Under the pieces are notes generated by a model. That model was not told the origin of the DNA. It saw only the letters and a list, made by a program, of their open reading frames with translations, and made no database searches. The position numbers were made by a program, and so were the translations under genes. A stretch of DNA of 56,408 nucleotides, filler included, from Sphacelaria rigidula (Eukaryota): assembly GCA_964200075.2 (NCBI GenBank). It is 7 parts of 7 records of this genome, joined end to end, with 100 filler letters (N's around TTAATTAATTAA, not from the genome) between each part and the next. Parts side by side here need not be neighbours in the genome. Positions count along the whole stretch, not along the records: positions 32,293 to 40,264 come from CAXNAA020012790.1; positions 40,365 to 48,336 come from CAXNAA020012791.1; positions 48,437 to 56,408 come from CAXNAA020012792.1; 4 more parts are not named here. One strand, given 5' to 3'. Positions 37,985 through 51,998 of this stretch are shown piece by piece (position 1 is the first letter of the stretch; each line of letters opens with the position of its first letter).

Positions 37985-40264
37985 GCGTTTTGCACACAGG
38001 GCCTCCAGCTCAGCTTGTTTTCGAATGGACACTGCACAGCGGTGTTGGGATAATGCTCGCGGAGTAGTCATTCTTCTTGCTGCCAATGAGTGTCTTCCTA
38101 CGACTAACACGGTTATGCAGCAGGTACGCCGGGGTTCGCAACGTCCATACCGTTGTCGACTTCGTTTGCCATATTCGAAAGTGACCGCGGGTCAGACAAG
38201 TTTCAGCCTGGTTGCAGCATCGCAACCTTTCACGGCGGTCAGCCCAGGAAGACTGTCACACAAATGTCGAGAACATGCTTGCTGCTTGCGCCTTATAACA
38301 TGAAAAAGAGTGCAAGATGGGTTGCGAGTGGGTGGCACGGATTCCCAGCAGAAGAGATCGAATGCGTCCGTCGAAAGCGACCTGGGTCAGCGGAATATTT
38401 CCCCCCCCCATCCCCCCTGCCCCCCCACACGTTTTTCTCCTCGAGTACATACACTGTACATGTCGCCTTTCAACGCACGATCGTGTTTGGCACCTCAAAA
38501 CCTTGCCTCGAAACGAACGCGGCACACAATGACAACCTACGAATAAAGAAGAAATTTACGTGTTTTTGTTGAAAAAATCGGGCCCAAAAAAGGGGCTCGT
38601 AGGGGGTTGGGGTTGGTCATTTCCAATCCAGAGACCCCCCTGGACAACCCGCAGATCAGGTAGCAAAATTACTTGCAGTAGTGTTCAGCTTTTCGGAGGA
38701 GGAGGTGTGCGGGAGAGACACGGCTCCATATATTGCACACAGTAGTAGCAGCTCCCATCCCCGGGTTGGCGAGGCTACTGCCTGCAAAACCCTCCTAATA
38801 TGATACAAGTAAAACGGCAGTCTCCAGTTGTTGTCAGCATTTGCTTAACTCTACAGTGCAGGTTGGTCACTGAACGTTGGTCAAAGATGACGTAATTTCA
38901 CTATTTCGTGTGGGACCTTTCACTCTACTTACTATTTGACTGCCATTCACTTGTGCACGAGTTCGTTCATATTTGTTTACTACAGGTCAACCCCCTTCAC
39001 ATCTGTTCGTGAAGTACTCAAGCTCCAAACCGTCTCACCGTTGACCTTGCAACAATCGTAAGCTCACAGCACGTGGGGAGACAGTCCGACGCAGTACAGT
39101 ACACGTCGATCGTCAGGATATCCTTGTTCACAGCTTCAGGTGATTCGATTTATTTTGTTCCTTGGTGGTGTTGATAGCCAGAGTCTTCTCGAGAAAGTCT
39201 GAACACCAGGGCATCATACAAGCTGGGCCGGCCTAGAACGGCAAATTGTCCCGACAAGCTCTAACTTCACAAGGAATCAGTATTACAAGACATACCGCAC
39301 ATCCCGTTGATCAGCCAATCACAGCGTAGAAGACCGTTCCATCTAACGGTCTGTAGGAGCGCTTTCTACAAAACGAAGTTTACTCTCCGCACTTCATATG
39401 CTTATTAGAGTGGGGCGAAGACAGGTTTGAAACCCTTTTTTAAGCGGCGGAATTAAATGTTTTCAGCAACAGACAGACACCGCAACGTGCATAGACACAA
39501 GAAGGAGTAGGCAGCATGGCGCATGACTGCCCTGCTACAGCCACAAGCGAGTGGCCGAGGACCTCTGTTCCCATGTGCTACAAGAATGGCGAGAAGTGGC
39601 GCCGGGTCTTGTTTATACGTGTTTGTTGGGTTTTCTTTAAACTTGTAAGTTAACCTCGAGATCATGAGTGTGTTGTACTGTACGCCTTGCTCAGTTTGCC
39701 CAAGCTGGGTGAAGTTTTTGCCCGTGTACACGGTACAATCTGAACAACGAGGTTGCGCAAGAAGTTGTCTTTTTCTCTTGCACGGTGAGCATGACAGGCG
39801 TTTCGAGGTGACTTGTTGTCCGTGGCGGCCTCCGGACGTTCCATATAGAAGCCGAACTAGACATCATCACAATGTCGTGCGTAAACATGCCCGTCGCACG
39901 TGTGTTGCATCTTCAGCCAGCGTCGGTACGCCTGTCAGCTTTCTGCGTTCGATCGCGAGCTCACGGTAGAAGTACGTCTCTGAGACCCCATATTTATCGT
40001 GATTTCTCTCTGCCCCTGCATCAAGGCGCTGAGGCTCATGAGTAATTGTGCGATTCCCGCGCGGTTTTTGCGAGTTGGCAGCTGAAATTTTGACATGTGT
40101 TCCGAATGTACTTCAGACACATGGTCAAATCTGCACTTTTTTTTTTGTGTCACTATTACCCTAAATAAAGATCCCGCTTTTCACAAATGTAGGGGTTTAT
40201 CAAGAAACTCTCCCCGCACACAAAAACACACAAAAGAAGCGAATAACTAACAAAAAAAAGAAAG

Positions 40265-40364
40265 NNNNNNNNNNNNNNNNNNNNNNNNNNNNNNNNNNNN
40301 NNNNNNNNTTAATTAATTAANNNNNNNNNNNNNNNNNNNNNNNNNNNNNNNNNNNNNNNNNNNN
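40265..40364. other. Artificial contig spacer
   Basis: N44-TTAATTAATTAA-N44. Confidence 0.98.
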
Positions 40365-41249
40365 TCATCTCGGAGTTAAACCTCAATTCGCACAATTTGT
40401 TGTTAATTGATGCTTTTCTCCGCGTTTGAATGGCCATCACCCCCCACAACCACAATGAAGACCCCCCCGAAACGTAGACGGGGCGCAGAAGTGTCGTTAG
40501 GCCACCGGCACGCAATGGCGGTGGAGATAGCGTTGGCCATTCCCCCAGGAAAAACAAGGGTGCCCAAGGGTGTTCTAGGCCCCATGGCGGCGCGTTTAAG
40601 ATGAGCGATAACGACTTTGGTGGGGAGCATACCGAGGTGACGGCGCGACAGAGGGCAGGAACGTTAGAAAGGGTGGTTAAATATGATAAGGAGGCCTTCA
40701 CGAAGGCCTGGGACCATCTAGCGTCAAGCTCCAGCGACGGCGAGGACGGTCAACGTTTTTTCCCGATACTTTTTTGCCCCCGCAAAAGGGGCTAAACATG
40801 GCTCTTTCGAGGCTGACTACTTTTTTCCCGGCCGTTTACGTACGCCGGGGGTGCGTAGTAAAAAAACGGGCTTTCAACCCAAAAAACATCAAAGACTTGA
40901 AAAAAAAAGTTATCGCCGGCGACATCGGACACGGTCAAGGGTCCGTGTAATCATAACGAACTTTACTAGGAAGTACAACCATTACCATTATCACCATCAT
41001 GGTGATGATGGCCAGTTATAACTGGTACCATTTCCGAGCTCTAGTTATTCCCTAACTAGCTGGACTACACGGTTGACTCTTCCGACCACGCATTTGCTTT
41101 ACGCGTACACTATTGAAGGCGTGAACGACGATTGCGACGCGTCCGCGCATGCGGTGTCCCTCTCGTCACAGAAGTCATCTCGCTCTCTGTAAGATTCGAG
41201 CCTATCCGTTTGATTGCTGGGTGTCAAATTTGCGATCCTGACGCTACAG

Positions 41250-44200
41250 GGAGAACGTCTGGCTCGTGTTTATCCTGTGGTCTACCCTATTGAACGTTGT
41301 CCTGTGCGTGGGCGCTATCGGTCCGTCAACGCTGAGGGCCGTCTACGACGGCGCTTCAACCACGGATTTCACGCTAGTCTGCGTCTTCAGCTTTTTGTGG
41401 GGCTCGGGGACCATGTGCTACAGTCTTGGAGTGCAGATGGTGAGGCTTGGCGCGTATTGATATCAAGAGCTAAGACCCACGATGTCCGTGTATCCCTCGC
41501 TTGCGTGTTATCTCTACTGTATTCTTTCCACACCCTGAACAATGAATTGCATTGCCACGAAGTGTACTGCGTACGGTATCGACTGTTGCGTCTATTGCAA
41601 CAGACAAGAGATTCCACACTGCACGCAAAAATACGTTTTGACGATGTAATCTTTTGTTCAGGGTGTGATTCATTCCCCCTGAAGTGTTGATTCCTCAACG
41701 GGTTTCAGGGTGTTACAGTCGATGCCTGCAGCCACGCACGGGTTCCGTTTGCTGAAAGCCGCAATCCTTACCTTACAGCAGCGAGCAGCGAGCAGCAGCA
41801 AGCAGCAAGCAGCAGTGGCAGCGATGGCAGCGACAAAGCATGCTAGGTGAATAATCGGTTCATTTGACTCATCGTTTGACCGACGTGCTTGATTTCGCAT
41901 ACCCCTGACAGTTGGGCGCCGGACCAGGAATCGCTCTCGTGATGAGCCTCTTAGTGGTGATCGGGACTCTTTTACCCCTGATCGAAGACCATGCCGACAA
42001 TGCTGATTCACCTGCATCCCTCGTCACCATGCTGGGGCTTGTGTTCGCCATCAGTGGATTCGTCACGTCAGGTACGACGACAGTTATCATCTTCCATTGC
42101 CGTGTCTCATGTCCAACAGGCACCTCCGCACCAGCGTTGAAATCTCAGTAAACTATGGTATTGCGCGATACATGCACACTTTGAGCGCCCTGGCTCAGTT
42201 GAGAGTTATTTGTCTTTTGCTGGTACTGGGAGGGAATTCCGTAACAATGGCGAATGTTATTGCGCGATACATGCATAGTTTGAGCGCCCTGGCTCAGTTG
42301 AGAGTTATTTGTCTTTTGCTGGTACTGGGAGGAAATTCCGTAACAATGACGAATCGAAAGCGTTTGTTCTCAACAGCTTGCATGCACTCCCTCGAAGCAT
42401 GAGAGCACCGGCGTGTCAGCCATCGCGCCTGTGGAACCCTGCACACACACCTCCCTCGCACGCACCTGATATTTCCCCACGCTCCCCGCCCCTCTCCCGA
42501 TGAAACGATAATTTTCGCTCTATTCCGCACTTCCAATACGCACCCGCCCTGTCGATAACAACATCGACAATATAGCGTACTCGTCGCACATCAAGGACCG
42601 TACGAAAATGGCATCAACATGCGGCAACAAGAGCGGCAACAGAAAGAGTAGCGATATCAACGTCGAGAATATCATTTTGCCCGCCAGCAACACGGTACCG
42701 CCGTCCGATCCGGAGTCAGCCTCCACCGTCACTGTCCGCCTTGTCGACGACAGCTCCGGCAAGGCTTTCATGGACACGACCAACACCACTTCTTCCGACG
42801 ATCGCGCCAACGCCGGGGCGGCAAACCTTAGCCCCACTCGAGGTAACTTGCCCGGAGGCGTCGTTATAGGCGATGAGAGCACTCGAAACCCGATCCACAA
42901 AGTGGTAGCAGGAGAAGCTGAAGTCAAGACAATAGATATTGCCGGGGGAAAGCAGGATTGCGCGGCACCATCGAAAAACAGGAACACTCACTTGAAGGGC
43001 GTGGCGGTGTGCGCTGTGGGCGCAGTCATGTCTTCTATGCTTCAGTTCTCCTTCGTATTTGGTGAGTACGATCTGCGTGGTTTCTTCTCACACGTGTGAG
43101 AAAGAAGGGAGTCCCACAAAATGATGGAAGGAGGGTTGCGTTCTGAACGGTGAAAAGGGAAGGGTTCCCATGCTTGTCTTGTTTTTTTCAATTTTTCGCA
43201 CTCGTGTTTCCACCTCCCGTCCTCTTCGTCGGTATTTATCGCAAGGTTGCGGAGAAAACGCCCCGTACAATAGAGTACCGCCGGGGAATATCGAGTGAGC
43301 GCCAGAAAATACTTACAATCACGGTACTTCGATTGGTTTGATTGATTGTCATACATTGAAAGAAACAAAGAAAAATAGAACGGTGGAGCTCCTCGCGTTG
43401 TTGCATGGAGAGAGTGCGAGGGACACAACTTTCCGTTGGTGACAGTGCTTCAAATGCCTCTGGGCGTTGTTGAGTGCCGGTATTGAAAGCATGCGTTTCG
43501 TCGCGAAGTTTCAAGCGTACGCGTGCAATTGGGCGTCAGTGCAGTAAACACGGTGACGTACCCAGTCAGCGCTTTGTCATTTATTTTGCCACGTTGGCTG
43601 TACAAACAGTGGTACACCGAAATGATGCCAATGGGGAGGAAGGGGGAGGGGGCTGCGATCGCCTCTGAAGAGGGTCCTGCCTATTTGTGTTATCTTCTAT
43701 TCCTCTATCGCTGTGAGCGGATAGGAAAAATGACCCTCAGTTCCTTGTTGTTTTGAAAATAAGATGTGCTGCTTCCGGGGTGCTTTTCTCCGTAATGTGT
43801 AGATTATTCCAGCATATTGGTCGCTTCTTTACGTGAGAGTCAAATATTCAATACCACTGTGGCAGTCAGCTGCCCCATTGATTCCGCCGTTAGTCCAAGT
43901 ACGTGAAGTATAGCTATTATATGACTATACGCTTGTCCCCGCGACGTTTATCAACGCTTACCCTGCTCTTTTTTTTTCTTTTGGACCCTGGCTATCTGAT
44001 CGCCTCGTCGATCTATATTCCCACGCTGATGACTCCGCGACGCTCTCAACTCGTAGATAACTCGCCGTATCTCCAACAGCACGGCCTCAAGGGATGGGCC
44101 AGGGCCAACGTACATTCCAATGCACGTCTGGATTTTGTCCAGACGAACATCCTGATGTACATCCAAACGAATCTCCCGTGGCACCTGTTAACGTGTCTCG

Positions 44201-45227
44201 CATCTCACCTTTCATTCAGGAGAGCCGTTGGTAGCACAGGCAGAGGATGAGGAGGGCGTGCGCGGGGTGTTGGCTCCGTTGGTTATCTGGCTCTTGGCCT
44301 TCTCACTTGCGGGGCTATGGAACGTCATATATGCATGCTGCCTTCTGTTCAAAAATGGCACATGGGGTCGCTACATTACGACCAATGGTGGAGACCTGAT
44401 GCGCCATTTCATTCGGGTGAGGACGAGGGGCGGGTGGGGCAGGGGGGAGATGGGGAACGGGAAGAGAGGGAAGGGGGCGTACTCATTTTTGTTTGCCTTG
44501 CTCATTTGACCGTTGACCAGGCACCCCTTTCGAGACAGCGCACCGTTCCTACGGGAAGGAGGGGGGGGTGGGGTGGGGGGGATGGGCAACAAAATGATGG
44601 CGGGGTGCGTCGTTTCCGTGGCGTCCTCACTCTTAACGGCAAGTTGGGGGTGGTGGGGTGAACCTGTCGAAATACTTGCCGAAATCACGACTGGAAAAAT
44701 GACATATTTGCGGGCGCATGTGTCCTAACAGCCTCGTCTAACCTTACTTCTGTGCCTGTCACGTGGGTGCTTCGTTGAGGGTCTGTTCCGGGGCGTGCTG
44801 GTTGAAGTTATGTGGATGATCGCTGTCATGTTACAAGATCAACTGAGCCTACATTGCTCTCTCGTATACAGTGGTTTCAGTGCTTTCGCCTTGCCCTCTC
44901 TCCACCCCTCTCTGTCTCTCTCTTCCCTTCCCTTTCTTCTCTGTATGTGCTTTGTTCCGATATTACTCCCAGCTTACCGCGATGAGCCTCTTCTTCGTCG
45001 GCCACATCCACATGTACGGCTTCGCCCAGTACCTGTTCGGAGGTCTTGGTCCAGTGATCGCTTGGCCACTACTAATGAGTTCAACAGTGTTGGGCGGCCA
45101 GTTGTGGGGCGTGTTCATGAAGGAGTGGGTGGGAGTTCCCCATAAGGCCGTTCGGGTTAACATCGCTTCTATATCCCTGCTCGTGACGGCTGTAACCGTG
45201 ATTGCGATTGCCGGCTCAGTGTTGTAA
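41250..45227 (+). CDS. rhaT: L-rhamnose-proton symporter (RhaT) family / DMT transporter, 5'-partial; exons 41250-41439, 41912-42071, 42576-43061, 44220-44416, 44973-45227
   Basis: All four introns are GT-AG with consistent phases (0,1,1,0); spliced protein has (W)ENVWLV, FSFLWGSGTMCYSLGVQMLGAGPGIALVMSLLVVIGTLLP, LKGVAVCAVGAVMSSMLQFSF and AWPLLMSSTVLGGQLWGVFMKEW, collinear with bacterial RhaT; many TM helices; TAA at 45225-45227. Confidence 0.85.
42159..42355 (+). repeat. Near-perfect 99-bp tandem duplication in an intron of the RhaT-like gene
   Basis: TATTGCGCGATACATGCA...CCGTAACAATG.CGAAT occurs twice with few substitutions. Confidence 0.92.
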
Positions 45228-48200
45228 CTGCCCCCCCTCCCCTCCAAAACAAAATAAAAACGTTCTCAAATAATGTATGGCAAAAACATATTCAGGGCTC
45301 GAATGTTGGAGGTGTCTCTATTTTTGAGTAGGAACGGTGCTTCGTCGCGATAGAGATGCGTGATCAATGGTCAAATGACGAAGGCAAGCAACCAATGAGG
45401 TACGCCGCCCGTTATGCTCGGTTGCTCTATCTTTTGTTCAAGCTCTGCAGCGGCTGACCATCAATGACTCCCGCTCTTGCATTCGTTTTTTCTTTCAGTT
45501 TTCTCGGAACGGTTTGATGAAAATAAATGTCCTGAAAAAGTTGAAACTGTTTTCGGGAATAGGAATGGTACACTTTGATTGTCCTGGGAAGTTTTGTCAT
45601 ATTTGTATATCTCATGAGTGCAGATGTACGAGGGGCGTGTGGTGAACGCATGGGCATGGTCCTCTCAACCGTTTCGTCGAAACCGTCACACCATAATTTG
45701 AGGAATAGGGTGTAGCTATTTCTACGTCGTACAATTTTGTGAATGCTTGACAAATCAGGGCTGTCGCTCACGAGCGACTTGTTAAAACATATTTCCCCTC
45801 CCCCCGTCAAGTGTTTTTGCTTAGAGCGATGATGCTCGTGTGTCGTGTTTTGTGGGTAGATTATTGTCTGGTTTTGAAAATCTAGTTACATCGTGGATAC
45901 ACCATAGCGAACTTGTATGCATCGTGGCTGTGTTCCGACAGGACCTTCTGTATTTCACGGGTACATTACAGCTTGTACGCGGACGGTAGTAGTGTTGTGA
46001 CTTTTCTTCGCTGGCATGGTTCACGTGGTGAGGCTGAGGCTGGGGTGGACTTTCCCATTTTCTAAAATTCATGTAGTTGTTTCTCGCGCTTTGAATCCCC
46101 CCCCTCCTCGGGAGTGTCAATGGTCAAACGACTAAGGCAAGCAACAAATGAGTACGCCCCCCCCCTCCTCGGGATAAGTCCGTGGTCGCAAGGAATCAAC
46201 CCACGTCTCCCCGGTCCCCATACTGACGAAATCAAAGGACAAACATTTAGTTTGATTGCTGTCTTGCAGGACCGCAGAGAAGGAATTTCTAGGTATCTAG
46301 GCTGCGAATGAGTATTATTGTCTACTCGGATTCATGGAGGATCTGTCATCTGTGCATAGTGCGGCACATCGAGGGTGCGTGAATAGGTACAGCAGTGTTG
46401 GGCCATGAGTGTCCCAAACCCGTAGCCCTATGACGAATAAGCATGTGATCAGCTGCTGTGCGACTGTGAGTGGCGCGCCACTAGTTTCTCTGTTAGCTGC
46501 GGGTGAAACGGGATGATTATAGTTTCAGCGATGGTGAGTTACGGCTGATTGGCGTTGGGAAAAAATAGAAAATGGCGTGAGCAACGCGTTTGCTCGTTTC
46601 TTTTTGGGCCCTGACCGCATTTTCGCAAGAGTGCTGGGCTATGGCACGTTACTCCCGGTCGATAATTTTACGGTTGTCATGATATGTTTTGGGGGCCACC
46701 TCCTGAGTGTAGACAGGAGTTTCCCGGCAGGCGTACATGGTTGTAGTCTACGCACAGCAATAGAGGGCGGCGGTGGTCGCATACTCGCAGACCGAAAATG
46801 CGTCAGCGGGAGATGTCATACACCCAAGCAACGTGCTCCGAGAACCCTCGCGATAAAAATGCCGCTGGTTTATCTTTGCCCGATCTTCTGACAAATGGGC
46901 ATATTGGTGCGTGTGTTTTATTTAACCGGAGCGGTGACAGTTTCGCCATCCGAGTCGCTACTTCAACAAGGGTAGACAGCAGGCGTTTGGGGGGAGGGAT
47001 TGGGGGCGCGCAGAAAATGGCAAAAAAGCGGGACGATGCTCACTAAACGATGTTTGCAGGGTCGTGGTCGTGCATGACTCTCGTACTCTCTCTCCTCATG
47101 TACACACACACTCACCGGTTTTTTACGACTCCGTTTTTGCGGCAGGATTTCTGCGACCTGACTTCTGCGACCCGATTCTTGCGAAATTTGTTTTGCTCAA
47201 GTTTTGCACTTTAAAACCCCTACTGATTTCGTTTTTTTGGGTATAACTTCGTCAAACAGACACCAAACGCATCCTGCTCCAAGGGTCACCTGGACACACA
47301 GCAGTTGCCGCTGCCTACCTAGTATCATCCTCCAAATCGAAGTCTTGAGTGAGAACCCCCAGCGTTTGGTGCCCATGCACAAGGATGATGTTCATCTAGT
47401 ATCATGCTCCAAAACGTACCTGACAAGGGGGCAACACCCCTGTACAGACAGTAGCAATACTAGCGGATCTTACGTCCTGACAGTCTGTGATAGTCTGGCA
47501 GCCAGCGAGGTGGTTATGGTGGTGTCCTTCTAGCGATATCAACTTACAGTGCACTGGTGGAGTAGATTGTGCAGGTGAATATTCCGACGATTGCCTCACC
47601 TGCAGTTCGCCCAGATGTTGTGGTTTTTTTCACGATATCACCGAGTATTCCAATTCCAATTTTCAAATTGGTTGTTGTCTCAGGCTATTCCAGATTCGGC
47701 TATAGATTTCTGTGACAGAAAACACTCTCGTTTTTCTCGGAATACTTTTAAAAAAACGAGAACCTCTCAAAAAACAAGCAGAGCTTTTCGGAAAACGAGC
47801 AGAACCTTTCGGGAAACTGCTAATAATAATGAACTGCTCAAAAGATGATCCCATTATCTTGACTACAGGGTGGTACACCCAGCACCAGACAACTCTGCAG
47901 TGGTGTATGAACTGCAGAGTACTACACTCAACACCAGACAACACGGCAGTATGTAGTGTTTTTAGTTTCAAAACCTGAACACGGACCTTCTGTGTGTATG
48001 ACCCCGGCTGGTGCGCCCACATATACCAAAATGTCTAGACCGGCGTCCGAAATAGATGAGACGACAACACACACACGCACAGGGTATACATAAACATGCC
48101 GCACAGTAGACTGCGGACAACTCGTAATCTGCCGATGTGGGGAGGGGCGTTGCTCTATTGCTGCGAAAGCTTCGAGGCGAGAATATACCACCATCAAACC

Positions 48201-48336
48201 CAAGAACAAAGGAAAGAGGCGGATGCCCGCAACAGCAGCTGCCCAAAGTGAAGATGACTGACGAGTACCGGAAACGGAGCGCACACTACTGACGGCCCGG
48301 AGAGGAAGGAGCAGGAGGAAGAGATCGTTGATCGGG

Positions 48337-48436
48337 NNNNNNNNNNNNNNNNNNNNNNNNNNNNNNNNNNNNNNNNNNNNTTAATTAATTAANNNNNNNN
48401 NNNNNNNNNNNNNNNNNNNNNNNNNNNNNNNNNNNN
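48337..48436. other. Artificial contig spacer
   Basis: N44-TTAATTAATTAA-N44. Confidence 0.98.
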
Positions 48437-50836
48437 GATCAAAACCACTCTCAATCGTATCATCTACTCTCAATCTCACGAAACCACTGTTATAGTTGTA
48501 GTAGCGTAAAGAGTCGTGCGGGTGTCCGGAATAACATGAAGTTCCTCCGGCTTTGTCTCTCATCATTATCATGAAGTTTTACCGGGGTTTACCTGTCGGC
48601 CCAACAGGTTGGCGGTTTGTACCATTTCCGTTTTATTCGTCGACTACATCCATGCTGTTCTTGAAGCAATAATGCGCATGAATGCTCGAGGTACACAAGG
48701 CGATCAAGTGTTTTCATCGGTTATTACGTGCGGCGCCACGACAGCTGTTGTAAGGTGACTTTTACCACTCGGTAGTTGACCGATATATTTGTTTATTTTC
48801 CAACTGGTACTGTCATTTTATGCCGGAACCCTCGGATTGTTTTATGGGGGAACCATCCGCGCTTCTGAAATCGATGGGACCTGGCAGTACTGGTCTTGTA
48901 TCATCGGCAGCCATGGTGGCCTGTTGTTCATCTTTGAACTTTTGCTGATATACGGCACATCTGCTGTGGAATTGATTGTGTTTATTTCAAGCGAGGGTAT
49001 CGTTACTCTGGCTGCGACTCTAACGCGGGCTAGTGCACAGGATAGCCCTATGGGCGTATCTGTATACCTGGCGGGTGATGATGCGATGTTACGAGTCATA
49101 ACAGTGATCGTCTAAGATCGGGTTGCAAAGGGGAGACTGGTGTTTTGATTTGGAATCAACAGCCCCTGCTTACAACGGGATGTTGTAACGTTACCGATCC
49201 CTTGGGGTACGGCGCAGAATGTAACATACTTGAGAGCTTCAACAAGTTGAGCTACATTGTTTTATGATGGTCCTTCGTGTGGTGTATTGTTTTTCCCACA
49301 GCTGCTCTGAAGGCTGCTTAGAGACCAACTCTCATCGTGCTCTTCCCAGCTTCTGCTCTTCGTATGTATTTTCACACCACAACTGAGGGCTATTTTGGTG
49401 CCCTTCTGGAGGAGTGAGTTATTGTACTGACTAGGAAACCCGTTTCTCTCCGATTTGTTTTCACCTGACGGTTGACAATTTTCTCCATTTCATGCGTACT
49501 GAGGTGTGGAATATTAAACTGCTTGTAGTTTACAACTCCTCTCAGCTTGCGAGCTGGGATGCTGTAAGACCATCCAATACACCTCCCTTTCTTTCGTTTG
49601 CTAAATGGTAGGGAATGACAAGGTCGTGCATTCGCACGTTGGGTAAAGTTTTTATTAGTGCTATTTCGAGTCTCCGCGTTTCCAGAGGTCGGCCTGCTTG
49701 ATAATTGCCATGCCTCTAGCACTGTGCTGGTTCAAGGTTGGTTGACACGTGTGGCTTCGCTGTTTTCTTAACCATCTTGGTGACATCCTATGCACTCTGA
49801 TTAAACTAATTTCGCGTTTTCGCTGTTTGACTAGCCATAATAGGTTACATATACTGCACCCTGAGGAGTCTAACTTCGCGCTCCGATGTTTGATTAGTCA
49901 TGCTGGTGACATATAAATGCACACTGAGCGGCTAATTTCGCGTTGACCTAAACACATGACTCCAATAATCTCTCAACTCGAATAAAATATACACATAATA
50001 ACCCATACGTTTCACCTGAATTAGCGTTCCTTGGAGGACCCTAGTGCTTCCGGTGTCGGGAAGCAGTCGGTTCTCGTTCTAGTTTTTTACTTCTAGAGCC
50101 TGTCTTGCCTGAGTTCTGTTCTGGTGTCGCCAGTGTAAGGAAGGCGTATCGCTAGAGTAGTCAGAGACCTACGGGGGGAGACTGCCGTCCTGATGCCGAG
50201 AAGTGGTCGTCATAGGCGACCAGGGCCTCGGGGGATGTTGGACCGTCCTATACTAGGCTCTTCCTGGCATCACCCTGAGTTGTCTAGTTACGTCGGCATT
50301 ACGGGGTCCTCGGTTGTCTGGCTTTTCCGGAACGTTCCTAACTTGTCCCTGCTTGCGCTGGGTCTGTATACATGTGTGTCATCAGTCTCTGGTATGTCAC
50401 TGCAAAGAGATATCTCCCACAAATGAACTCCGAGACAATATCCAAGCCAGTAGGTGGCCTTCGCATCCCTCTGTTGAGCTTGAATAGACGAAACTTAAAA
50501 GTTGTGCAATACCTGGAAATTCGTTTACTGTACGAGTAGTGCGACACGGTAGCGGGGAAAGATTTATCATATTTTCCAAAACACCCGTGCCATATATTTA
50601 TCATTGGGCGCCAAACCTTGGAAGTCTACTGTACTGCAAACAGTTGTATCGAACAACACTACTATCGATACATACATCAGCATGACGAGCACATAGTAAG
50701 GCCGTGGTGTTTATCGCACGAGGCACGTGTCTTGATGAGCAGGAGCATCACCGATGAACAGCGATCACGTCCCCATCTTCGTCGCATCGTGCCTTTCCAT
50801 GATGAATAGTCCCTTCGGGCGGGAAAACTACAGCAA

Positions 50837-51990
50837 TTATATTTCCCACGGCGAGTAAAGGGCGAGATGCAGCGCCGGTGAGTTTGCTATGTTGTACAGT
50901 GTACAGTGACCATCCCTTACCTGCCCAGGGCGATATTGGTAGCCATCTTGTTGATCTCGCCTTCGAATGTCAAGCCCTGGATCTGTTGGAGTTGCAGCGA
51001 ATTGGAGAAGACGCCGGGTGAAACGGGTACGAGCAACAACGGTGCACATGTAGGGCCGAGCTTGGAGTACTGTAATTTTGTGCATGAGATTCAGTTCTCA
51101 TGTGGCTGCCTGCGACTGTGCTGGAAATCGTCGCTGTCGCACAGGTCATCATTTTACACAGTCTTGACTCATCGTGAAACCTACAACTAAGATAGACATC
51201 TGGGATGTACCGGAATGTGTACATGCATTTTGAACGGACATCGATATCCCAAGTCGATGCCCTAGATGGACATGATTTCGCAGATGGAGGTTGCACGATA
51301 GTGCCTGGCTCCCCCATATTGGTCTGTTGTGCAACTGGTTTTGAAAAACAATCAAGGTTCCTTCACTTTGGCCGTGTCCTCATCATGGTACAGGAGAAAG
51401 TCGACGTAGAATATGATCACGTTTCATGAATGACGATTGTCATTTCAAATTCGGTTGATTTACCTGGAGGCCAGTGGCAGGATCGATGCATGTCTCGTCA
51501 GCTGTTGCGTTGTAGGAAAGCATTCGCTCCCCCTCAACGTCGGCGACAATAAGATCGGGCATGCAGTTGAAGCGTCGGTCACCGCACATCGCCTGCGCAC
51601 ACAAGGCAAAAGAGAATAACGAAGCACCATATACTGCACCGTGAGCAGACGCTGTTTGCGCTGTGGTTGACATCAAGCAAAATATCAACCATGTTTCACT
51701 GATAAGATACCATGTCCGCCAACACAATGAAACACTATACTTGTACGCGCGGGCATCGCCTTGTCATGTATTGCACTGTATACACGTCTCCGAAAGGATT
51801 CAGTGATTCCTCCAGACATGAGCCGCCAATTACCGACTTCTCACCGCGAATCAAAACGAGATTTGTTTTTATCTGCAGCACGACGCATGGGCTGGACGCA
51901 AAACTACATGAACAACAACTATTTTTGAATGGTGTCACGGATCGTACGGTCAAACATTTAGGAAAGATCGCCGGAATAAAAAATCGATAA
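50837..51990 (-). pseudogene. Degenerate PIF1-family (SF1B) helicase, Helitron-like
   Basis: Minus-strand frameshifted motifs in the expected order: LQIKTNLVLIRGE...NPFGDVYTV (post-motif II to motif III), RTRF..LLQFAAT/QIQGLTF (motif V, cf. LAFA.T.HK.QG.T), TNIALGR (motif VI, cf. YVALSR). Confidence 0.55.
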
Positions 51991-51998
51991 CTACTGTA

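Noticed and set aside
48437..50613. Possible LTR-retrotransposon 5' region on the minus strand (TGGCGCCCAA PBS-like sequence at 50604-50613)
   Set aside because: Only a 10-nt PBS match, with no adjacent LTR end or clear gag/protease motif.
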